This document shows, one piece after another, positions 1 through 6,976 of a stretch of DNA of 64,000 bases. Source of the stretch: Oscillospiraceae bacterium (GTDB lineage: Bacteria; Bacillota; Clostridia; Oscillospirales; Oscillospiraceae). The stretch's first letter is position 1. Every line of letters begins with the position of its first letter. The notes below the pieces were generated by a model, which worked only from the letters and a program-made list of their open reading frames with translations, was not told where the DNA came from and did not search any database. The DNA lies in assembly GCA_024691985.1 (NCBI GenBank), contig JAILNC010000099.1:18606-82605 (forward strand). The letters are read 5' to 3'. The position numbers were made by a program, and so were the translations under genes.

Positions 1-584
1 TCAGCTTCCGCCCCGGCCCGATCTGGCTGTGCGCGGAAAAGGGCGGCTTCGGCATCCTGGACGAGATCAACATGGCCAAAAACGAGGCCCTGGCCGTCCT
101 GCACGCCGCGCTGGACTTTCGCCGCAGTCTCGACGTGCCCGGCTATGAGAAGATCGACCTGCGGCCCGAGACCCGCTTTATCGCGACCATGAACTACGGC
201 TACGCCGGCACGCGCGATCTCAACGAAGCTCTGACGAGCCGCTTTGCGGTGCTGGATATGCCCGTCATCTCCGAGGAGAATCTGCAGAAGCTGATCTCCC
301 GCCGCTATCCCGGCATCCGACCCAAGATCCGCGACCAGCTCGTCAAGCTCTACGGCGAGCTTGAGCGCAAGGCCGAGAGCGCGGAGATCTCCGATTCCGC
401 GCTGGACCTGCGCGGCCTGCTCGACGCCATCGCGCTCATGGAGCAAGGTCTCGTCTCCGGCGACGCGCTCGGGATGTGCATCGTCAACAAGAGCTTTGAC
501 ACCTACGAGCGCGGCCTCATCCGCGACGTGATCGCCGCGCGCATCCCCGCCGACATGCAGCGCCGCGACGTCTTCGACGTATGA
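1..584 (+). CDS. AAA+ ATPase, AAA_5 / MoxR-CbbQ-NorQ-like (5' end lies outside the window)
   Basis: Frame 3 is open from base 3. Its translation ...GGFGILDEINMAKNEALAVLHAALDFRR... contains a Walker B motif (ILDEIN) and the downstream region typical of dynein-related AAA_5 ATPases. The stop overlaps the next start (ATGA at 581-584). Confidence 0.8.
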   Translation, partial: SFRPGPIWLCAEKGGFGILDEINMAKNEALAVLHAALDFRRSLDVPGYEKIDLRPETRFIATMNYGYAGTRDLNEALTSRFAVLDMPVISEENLQKLISRRYPGIRPKIRDQLVKLYGELERKAESAEISDSALDLRGLLDAIALMEQGLVSGDALGMCIVNKSFDTYERGLIRDVIAARIPADMQRRDVFDV

Positions 585-2308
585 TCAAGAAGCAGTATTC
601 GGGCAGTGCGCGCCGGGCTCGGAACATCATCTGGAACGCCGCCGGGCGTTACGATTTTGACCCGCCGTTCATGGCCTTTTTTCCCAACGGCACGCCGGAC
701 AACTACTTCAATATGGTGGCCGGGCTCGTGGAAAAATGGCTCGACATGCAGCGGCTTTGGGACTTCTTTCTGAGCTACGAGGGCTCGCACCGCGCCGATG
801 AATTCGACGATCTGCTCTGGTTGGGGCTGGAAAACTGCGTCTACGAGAAGGAGCTGCCCGAGCGCCCGATCATGGACGCGCTGCGCAAAGAGCGCGCCGA
901 GCGCTTTTTCCGGGAGCAGCAGACCCTCTCCCGCCAGCAGATGGAATTCCAGAGCATGCCCGTCTATAACCAGCAGGAATACCGCTGGGCGACGGTCAGC
1001 GGCAGGCGCCCTCCCCTGCTCACGCCGCGCGAAAAACGCATTGCCGCCGCGCTGTGCTTCTCGGGCGAGCTGGATACCGACGGCGTGATCGTCGCCATGC
1101 GCAGCTTCCTCTCGACCTTTTTCCGCTACACCCCCGGCGAAACGGAGGATACGCGGCGCAGACCGACTTCGCTTGCGCGCCTGCTGCTCCGGCACGAGCA
1201 TAAGCGCCGCGACAGGCTCCTGGTACGCTCCGGCACGGGCGAGGGAAACCATCCCAAGGCCGTGCAGCAGCGTCACGAGGGGCTCGGCCGTCACGTGGGG
1301 CCTACGGAGGAGGACGCCGAATACATACGGGCCGTCTTCGGCCGCAGCGTTCTGTCCGACCAGGAGACCAGGATTCTGGAAAACGAGCTCTGCGTCGGGA
1401 TCGACGAGGGCTGCAGACTTTGGGTCACGAAGGGCGAGACCGACGAGACCGACGACCGCGACGCGCGCGAGGTACGTGAGAGCGCCGCGCGGCAGAGAGC
1501 GCGCAACGAGGCCTATCAGGCCGAGCACGCCGCCATGGTGCAGAGCACCGTTCGCGCCCTCTCCACCCGGATCGATACCATCTTTTCCTCCTATTTCAAG
1601 CATCTGCCGGAGCCAGCGCGCGCCGGACGCGTCCAGCCCGAGAAGGCATACCGCCTCCCGGTCCTGGACGACACGCGCGTCTTTCTCAAGGACGGCGAGG
1701 AGACGGAGCCGGAGATTTGTGTCGATCTGCTGCTGGACGCCTCGCAGTCGCGCATGCACTCGCAGGAGGTGCTCTCGGCCGAGGCCGCCATCATCGCCAA
1801 AAGCCTCGCGAAGGTCCACATCCCGGTGCGCGTCTGCGCCTTCCGCTCACTCCGCAGCTATACGGTGCTCGAAAAGCTCAAGGACTGGAACCAGAACGAC
1901 TGCCGCGGGCTGTCCCGCTATTACGCGGGCGGCTGGAACCGCGACGCTCTCGCCGTCGAAACACTCGGCAGACTGGACGACGACGCTGTGATGCGCGGCA
2001 AACAGCGCATCCTGCTTGTTCTCACCGATGCCAGTCCCAACGATTCCACGCCCATCGCGGCGGCGGGCATGAATCTGCCGCGCGAGTATGAGGGCGCGGC
2101 GGCCGTGCAGGCTGCTCAGACGGCGGTGCGCAGCCTCAGAGAGCGCGGCGTACGGGTCGGGGCCGTCTTCCACGGCAGCACCACGCATCTGGAAAACGTG
2201 CACATGATCTACGGCCACGCCTATGTCCGCATCCGCAAGGCCAGTCAGCTCGCCCAGGGTGTGAGCGATCTGCTGCTCATGCTGATGCGCGAGATGCGTA
2301 CAGATTAA
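581..2308 (+). CDS. von Willebrand factor A (vWA) domain protein, NorD/CobT/CbbO-like partner of the AAA_5 ATPase
   Basis: 575-aa ORF translationally coupled to the ATPase. The C-terminal part carries a MIDAS-type DxSxS motif (LLLDASQSRMHS) and later ...ILLVLTDASPNDS..., as in vWA domains. The N-terminal ~350 aa has no motif I recognise. Confidence 0.8.
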   Translation: MIKKQYSGSARRARNIIWNAAGRYDFDPPFMAFFPNGTPDNYFNMVAGLVEKWLDMQRLWDFFLSYEGSHRADEFDDLLWLGLENCVYEKELPERPIMDALRKERAERFFREQQTLSRQQMEFQSMPVYNQQEYRWATVSGRRPPLLTPREKRIAAALCFSGELDTDGVIVAMRSFLSTFFRYTPGETEDTRRRPTSLARLLLRHEHKRRDRLLVRSGTGEGNHPKAVQQRHEGLGRHVGPTEEDAEYIRAVFGRSVLSDQETRILENELCVGIDEGCRLWVTKGETDETDDRDAREVRESAARQRARNEAYQAEHAAMVQSTVRALSTRIDTIFSSYFKHLPEPARAGRVQPEKAYRLPVLDDTRVFLKDGEETEPEICVDLLLDASQSRMHSQEVLSAEAAIIAKSLAKVHIPVRVCAFRSLRSYTVLEKLKDWNQNDCRGLSRYYAGGWNRDALAVETLGRLDDDAVMRGKQRILLVLTDASPNDSTPIAAAGMNLPREYEGAAAVQAAQTAVRSLRERGVRVGAVFHGSTTHLENVHMIYGHAYVRIRKASQLAQGVSDLLLMLMREMRTD

Positions 2309-2310
2309 AA

Positions 2311-2340
2311 AACTGCCACCGGTTCGAACCGATGGCAGTT
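2311..2340. terminator. Bidirectional rho-independent terminator between convergent genes
   Basis: AACTGCCAcCGGTTCGAACCGaTGGCAGTT hairpin with an A-run before it and a T-run (tttatttattt) after it. Confidence 0.5.
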
Positions 2341-2355
2341 TATTTATTTGCGATT

Positions 2356-3429
2356 TTACGCAAGCTTCAGATCTCCGTCCTTCACCCAGCCGAGCTTTCG
2401 GCATAATCCGTTGAGCAGCGGACAGAGCACAGCAGGGAGCACGAAGCAGATCAGGATAAGCCCCAGCCAGTCGAAGCCCGTCGGCGTGATGGCAACGGCC
2501 CCCTTGGCGACAGCCTCGGCGCTCGGGGCGACCCAGCCTGTCCATACGCCGATCTGGCCGCAGAGCCCGCAGGTGCCCATGCCGGAGTTGATAGGCGCGC
2601 CGTTCATTTCCAGCCGGAACAGGCAGGTCGCCAGCGGGCCGGTGATCGCAGAGCAGACGATGGGCGCGATCCAGACGCGGGGATTGCGGATGATGTTCGG
2701 CATCTGCAGCATCGAGGTGCCGAGACCCTGCGAGACCAGCCCGCCCCAGCGGTTTTCCTTGAAGCTCATCACGGCGAAGCCGACCATCTGCGCACAGCAG
2801 CCCGCGACGGCTGCGCCGCCCGCAAGCCCGGTCAGCTGCAGAACGGAGCAGATCGCCGCCGAGGAGATCGGCAGCGTCAGCGCAACGCCGACGAGCACGG
2901 ACACCGCGATGCCCATCCAGAAGGGCTGCAGCTTGGTGGCGTTGTCGATGACGAGCCCGAAGGCCGCGGCCGCCGTGCCGATCGGCGGGGCGATGAGCTT
3001 GGCCAGCGCGATGCCGACGAGAATGGTCACGGCGGGCGTCACCAGCAGATCGACCTTCGTCTCCTTGCTGACGGCCTTGCCAAACTCCGCCGCGATGATG
3101 GCGATCACCAGCACCGCCAGCGGGCCGCCCGCGCCGCCCTCGGCGTTGGCCGACCAGCCGACCGCGGCCAGGGAGAAGAGCACCATGGGCGGGGCCTGCA
3201 GGGCATAGCCGATGGCGACGGCCATCGCGGGCCCGGAGACCGCCATGGCGTAGGCGCCGATATCCACAAGGAACGGCACGCCGAGCTGCGAGCCCAGCGT
3301 CTTGATGATCGTCCCGATCAGCAGCGAGCAGAACAGGCCCTGCGCCATGGCGCCGAGCGCGTCGATCCCGTAGCGCCTGCCCGAGAAAACGATATTCTTT
3401 CTTTTTAGAAACGCACGGAGCTTATCCAT
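2356..3429 (-). CDS. PTS sugar transporter EIIC-only protein (PTS_EIIC_2-type), orphan
   Basis: Polytopic membrane protein MDKLRAFLKRKNIVFSGRRYGIDALGAMAQGLFCSLLIGTIIKTLG... typical of stand-alone EIIC family proteins. I chose the internal ATG at 3429 because GGAGG/AAGAGG lies 5-15 nt upstream. The longer ORF to 3522 has no RBS. Confidence 0.75.
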   Translation of the reverse strand: MDKLRAFLKRKNIVFSGRRYGIDALGAMAQGLFCSLLIGTIIKTLGSQLGVPFLVDIGAYAMAVSGPAMAVAIGYALQAPPMVLFSLAAVGWSANAEGGAGGPLAVLVIAIIAAEFGKAVSKETKVDLLVTPAVTILVGIALAKLIAPPIGTAAAAFGLVIDNATKLQPFWMGIAVSVLVGVALTLPISSAAICSVLQLTGLAGGAAVAGCCAQMVGFAVMSFKENRWGGLVSQGLGTSMLQMPNIIRNPRVWIAPIVCSAITGPLATCLFRLEMNGAPINSGMGTCGLCGQIGVWTGWVAPSAEAVAKGAVAITPTGFDWLGLILICFVLPAVLCPLLNGLCRKLGWVKDGDLKLA

Positions 3430-3449
3430 CCTCTTTGCAGCCTCCAAGT

Positions 3450-3566
3450 AAATCCCCATGCGGCGATTCTGCATCACGATGAATGAAAGTATCAGCTGCA
3501 TGGGGATTTTTACGCATGCCATTCGCTTGCCCCGTCAGGGGCGAGAATGGCGCGTTTGAATCAATG
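3450..3566. repeat. Bipartite two-hairpin intergenic module, copy A
   Basis: Hairpin 1 is AAATCCCCATGC (3450-3461) / GCATGGGGATTT (3498-3509) with a 36-nt loop. The spacer is TTACGCAT. Hairpin 2 spans 3518-3551 (GCCATT-CGCTTGCCCC-GTCA-GGGGCGAG-AATGGC), followed by the tail GCGTTTGAATCAATG. It aligns with copy B at 59560-59672. Confidence 0.6.
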
Positions 3567-3607
3567 TTGCTATGGAAGCGTCAGCTTTCATAATAACATT
3601 TGAGCTT

Positions 3608-3636
3608 ATGATAGCTGTCTCTGCGGCGCTTGTCAA
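3608..3636 (-). promoter_or_regulatory. Candidate sigma-A promoter for the EIIC gene
   Basis: The minus strand reads TTGACA-17 nt-TATCAT. It lies upstream of module copy A and of the EIIC RBS. Confidence 0.35.
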
Positions 3637-3658
3637 GAAAAGCCAAAGACTTAACAAA

Positions 3659-3682
3659 GGGGAGGGCCTGCGGGCCCTCCCC
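3659..3682 (-). terminator. Rho-independent terminator of the dehydratase / small-peptide operon
   Basis: GGGGAGGGCC-tgcg-GGCCCTCCCC. On the minus strand it is followed by TTTGTTAAGTCTTTGGCTTTT. Confidence 0.6.
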
Positions 3683-3697
3683 TTCTTCGTAAACAGC

Positions 3698-3868
3698 TTA
3701 AATATACTGCTTGTGCTCCTGATGGTCGTACCACTTTTCCAGCAGCGGCGCGATCAGCGTCATGAGCTTCATATCCAGGTTGAACATGTATACCGTAAAG
3801 GTCACGACAAACAACCCCAGCCCCGCCAGCAGCACCTTCAGCAGGATTCCGAGCAAAAACTTCTTCAT
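3698..3868 (-). CDS. 56-aa hydrophobic peptide (single TM), absent from the ORF track (<60 aa)
   Basis: ATG at 3868 is preceded by AAGGAGGAG. Translation is MKKFLLGILLKVLLAGLGLFVVTFTVYMFNLDMKLMTLIAPLLEKWYDHQEHKQYI, with the stop at 3698-3700. It starts 14 nt after the dehydratase stop and sits just upstream of the terminator. Confidence 0.55.
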   Translation of the reverse strand: MKKFLLGILLKVLLAGLGLFVVTFTVYMFNLDMKLMTLIAPLLEKWYDHQEHKQYI

Positions 3869-3882
3869 ATTCCAACTCCTCC

Positions 3883-5481
3883 TTAATAGGCCTCGTTGTC
3901 GGGAATGATCTCGAGCGAGGGATCGAGCGGCTCCTCACGCATGACGGTGCGCATGTAGTTGTTCACCTGATCGCGGATAGCCTGACGGGTGAAGACGCGC
4001 GGGTCGCAGAGGTCGTGCGAGACCCACATGATGTGGATGCCGCGCTCGCGGGCCTGCTCCTCGAACATGCCGTGCATGCCGGTCAGCGCCTTGCAGGACA
4101 TATGCTCCCACATCATGACGATGTCGGCGTTCATCTTCTCGCACAGCTCCCACAGATCGTCCAGCAGCACCTTGTAGCCGCCGTGAGTGTGGTTGCGCAT
4201 GATCATCTCCATGTTCAGCATGGCCATGTCGCGGTAAGCCTGCTCGCGGTTCTCGGGCGTATCCTCCTCGGCGATCATGTCGGTGTTGATGACGGAGAGC
4301 ATGTCGGTCAGCGGCACGACGCCCCAGCACTGCACCAGCCAGTAGAGCATGTCGATGACGTACTGCGGCTGCACGCCCCAGACGATGCAGCGGTGGCGGT
4401 ACTCCTTTGCGTACATGCGCTTGGCCTTATAGCCCTGCTCCGCCAGCTCCAGCAGCTTCTTGTCGATCTTGATAAATTCGGGATCGCGGCCGGAGTTGCC
4501 CATGTAGTTGGTGTCGTTATACAGGCTGAAGGCCGCGCCGAAGAACTGCGGATACGGAGAGGAGTTGATCTCCATCTGCGCGATGCGGCAGCGGGTGGCG
4601 TAGTTGACGCGCTTGGCGGCCTGGAAGTAGAGGTCCCAGTCCCACTTTCCGCCGGTGTGCTCCTCAACGAAGGCGATGGCCTTCTTGATCTCCTCCGCGG
4701 CGTACTCGAGCACGTCCGGCTCCTTGTGGCGCAGCGGGGTCGCGAGCTGATAGGTGGGGATGCCGTACTCGCGCTCGAGGCGCTTGGCGATAATGCCGTT
4801 GCCCATGAGCGAGCCGTCGCAGGTGGTGTTGTTCTGCACGGCGCAGGCGCCGAGCACGCAGAAGTCGTCCTCGATGGAGATGCCGGCCTCGGCCTCGGGC
4901 ATGGGGCAGACGTCGCCGGGGATGCCGTACTGCTGCGCCACGTCCAGATAGTGCATGACGTTGAACTGGTGGAAGATGTTCGAGGCGAACATCGTGGGCA
5001 CCTCGCGCAGGATCGTGGGCGTCTTGTCCTTGTCGAAGCCCATCATGAAGGTGACCATGGAGTTTTCGTCGGTGATGACGCAGCGCTCGGAAAACTCCAC
5101 GTCGTTGCCGACGCGGCGGTCGCCCCGGAAGCACTTGCCGATTGCCGCCGTCACGTCCGCGATGACAAAGTTGAAGGAGGTATGGGCGATGCGAAGCGCC
5201 TCGTCGCGCAGGCCGATGGTGAACTTGTCCATGCCGTGCGGGACGAAGAGATAGCTCATCATCCAGCGGTAGCGGAAGAAGCCCTTGACGTTGCGGGGCA
5301 CCATGATAAAGCGGCCCAGCACGCTCATCAGATAGAGCCAACGGGTGTAATCGTAGAGCGTGTCCTTGACGCCGCGCCATTCACGTCTTGCGCGGACCTT
5401 GAGCTTGTCGCTGTAGATCTTGCCGGGCGACTGCTCGCCGGCGCGTTTGACGGGATTTACGATCTTCTCGACGGTCTTCAT
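3883..5481 (-). CDS. 2-hydroxyacyl-CoA dehydratase / benzoyl-CoA reductase BcrC-BadD-HgdB family protein (large subunit-like)
   Basis: 532 aa. It has HGD-D family-like regions (…VCPMPEAEAGISIEDDFCVLGACAVQNNTTCDGS…, …CIVWGVQPQY…, …MWEHMSCKALTGM…). Its start overlaps the upstream partner's stop (5478-5481). Confidence 0.8.
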   Translation of the reverse strand: MKTVEKIVNPVKRAGEQSPGKIYSDKLKVRARREWRGVKDTLYDYTRWLYLMSVLGRFIMVPRNVKGFFRYRWMMSYLFVPHGMDKFTIGLRDEALRIAHTSFNFVIADVTAAIGKCFRGDRRVGNDVEFSERCVITDENSMVTFMMGFDKDKTPTILREVPTMFASNIFHQFNVMHYLDVAQQYGIPGDVCPMPEAEAGISIEDDFCVLGACAVQNNTTCDGSLMGNGIIAKRLEREYGIPTYQLATPLRHKEPDVLEYAAEEIKKAIAFVEEHTGGKWDWDLYFQAAKRVNYATRCRIAQMEINSSPYPQFFGAAFSLYNDTNYMGNSGRDPEFIKIDKKLLELAEQGYKAKRMYAKEYRHRCIVWGVQPQYVIDMLYWLVQCWGVVPLTDMLSVINTDMIAEEDTPENREQAYRDMAMLNMEMIMRNHTHGGYKVLLDDLWELCEKMNADIVMMWEHMSCKALTGMHGMFEEQARERGIHIMWVSHDLCDPRVFTRQAIRDQVNNYMRTVMREEPLDPSLEIIPDNEAY

Positions 5482-6677
5482 GCCTTCCCACCTCTCTGAA
5501 TGTTCTTGATCTCAATGCTCTCCACGAAGGCCTGCACGCGGGTACGCATCTGGCCGGAGGAGGAGGCGATGTTGTAGGGCCTGTCGACGGAGAGGACCGG
5601 ATAGCCGTAATCGTTCTGCAGCATCGCGGCGCCGAGCGTTCTCTCGTAGGCCCAGGGGTCGCAGAACTTGACCTGCTGGTAGATGATGCCGTCGGCCTTG
5701 TACTCCTTCGCCAGCTCAGCCACGTACTGCTTGCGGCTGTATACCTTCTCTTGGTTCATCATGCGCGGGCACTGGCAGTTCTGGATGTAGTGGCGGCAGA
5801 TCTGGGTCAGCGCGTCCTCCTCGTCATTGAGCACGATCTCGACGCGGCCGGGGTAGGAGCCGAAGCAGAAGCGGTCGCAGCAGACAAAGGCGCCCTGCTC
5901 CTCAATGAGCTTGACAAGGCCGCTGTCGTCCACCTCGGAGCCGACGAGCAGCACGCGGGCGCGCCAGGGCTTGTCGTCCGGCTCGCGGGTCTTGAGCTCC
6001 TCCAGCGTCTCCTCAAGCTTGTCGAGGATCAGATACTTCGGGCAAACGTAGGAGGCCAGGCACAGCACGTGGAACTCATAGCCGGTGATGCGCGGCTTGT
6101 CCTCCTTGCGGAAGTCGCCGATCGCGCGGATCAGACGGCAGAGGCGGTTGTGCTTTTCCACCGCCTCGCGCATCGCCGCGTCAGAGATATCCACGCCGTA
6201 GTTCTTTTGAAGCGGGTTGAGGATGTGGTTCGTGCACTGCAGCACCGCAAGATTCACGTCGTTCGGAGAGTTCTTGAAGGCGATCTCCATGTACTCGTGG
6301 AAGAACCTGGGATTCTCCTTGCCCATGGTCTTTAAGAGCTCCATGTTCTCCACGGCGCGGTTCATCATCGTGCAGCCGTCCGGCGTGATGACGCAGTCGG
6401 CGAAGTTGAAGCCGCCCTCAACCGCACGCTCGAGAAGGGCGCGGCTCGGCTCGCACAGCAGATTGGTCATGTAGTAGGTGGCGATATCCATGGAGCCGGT
6501 GTTCGGCGCGGACAGGCGGATCGAGACGCAGTCGCCCAGATTCAGCAGCGGCTCGGGCACGTTCTCGCAGGTGTAGGCGACGCAGATCTTTCCGTCCTTT
6601 TTGGCCTGGACGACAAGCTCGTTGTTGGCCACCTGCAGCAGGTTTTCGAAGTAGTTCAGATGTTTCAGATCTCTCAT
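5478..6677 (-). CDS. 2-hydroxyacyl-CoA dehydratase family protein (second subunit-like)
   Basis: MRDLKHLNYFENLLQVANNELVVQAKKDGKICVAYTCENVPEPLL…DCVITPDGCTMMNR…FVCCDRFCFGS…VKFCDPWAYE, typical of HgdA/HadB/FldB-type proteins. The start at 6677 has GAGGGGGAGAG upstream. The extension to 6824 looks non-coding. Confidence 0.8.
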   Translation of the reverse strand: MRDLKHLNYFENLLQVANNELVVQAKKDGKICVAYTCENVPEPLLNLGDCVSIRLSAPNTGSMDIATYYMTNLLCEPSRALLERAVEGGFNFADCVITPDGCTMMNRAVENMELLKTMGKENPRFFHEYMEIAFKNSPNDVNLAVLQCTNHILNPLQKNYGVDISDAAMREAVEKHNRLCRLIRAIGDFRKEDKPRITGYEFHVLCLASYVCPKYLILDKLEETLEELKTREPDDKPWRARVLLVGSEVDDSGLVKLIEEQGAFVCCDRFCFGSYPGRVEIVLNDEEDALTQICRHYIQNCQCPRMMNQEKVYSRKQYVAELAKEYKADGIIYQQVKFCDPWAYERTLGAAMLQNDYGYPVLSVDRPYNIASSSGQMRTRVQAFVESIEIKNIQRGGKA

Positions 6678-6752
6678 TGTGTTAGATCTCTCCCCCTCTT
6701 TCCGGTCAATATCAGCAGAAAAGGCGGAACGTGTCCGCCCGAGATTGTGTAT

Positions 6753-6781
6753 ATTGTACGGAATTTCAAGCGGAATGTCAA
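6753..6781 (-). promoter_or_regulatory. Candidate sigma-A promoter of the dehydratase operon
   Basis: The minus strand reads TTGACA-17 nt-TACAAT. Two further TTGACA motifs lie upstream. The leader contains GGCGGA-cacgt-TCCGCC followed by TTTTCT. Confidence 0.4.
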
Positions 6782-6933
6782 CATTTTGACCGCTTTCCGG
6801 GGTGAAACTGTGGATGTTATACAATCCGCTTTCCCTGCTTTTGTCAATAATCCATAAGGCCGTACGCCGGAGCGTATAGACGCTTTTTGTTCATCTGTCA
6901 ATACATTTCGGCATGTGTGAAAGCACGGGAAAA

Positions 6934-6962
6934 CCGCCCGTTTTCTGTATGAAAACGGGCGG
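6934..6962 (-). terminator. Rho-independent terminator after the ABC transporter gene
   Basis: CCGCCCGTTTTC-tgtat-GAAAACGGGCGG, with TTTT following on the minus strand. Confidence 0.6.
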
Positions 6963-6976
6963 CGTTTCTTCCTTTC

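Noticed and set aside
3572-3938. ORFs 3572-3886 (plus) and 3651-3938 (minus) in the region downstream of the dehydratase genes
   Set aside because: Both run across the terminator hairpin and have no RBS. The 56-aa minus-strand ORF (3698-3868), with a perfect AAGGAGGAG RBS and a hydrophobic helix, explains the coding potential better.
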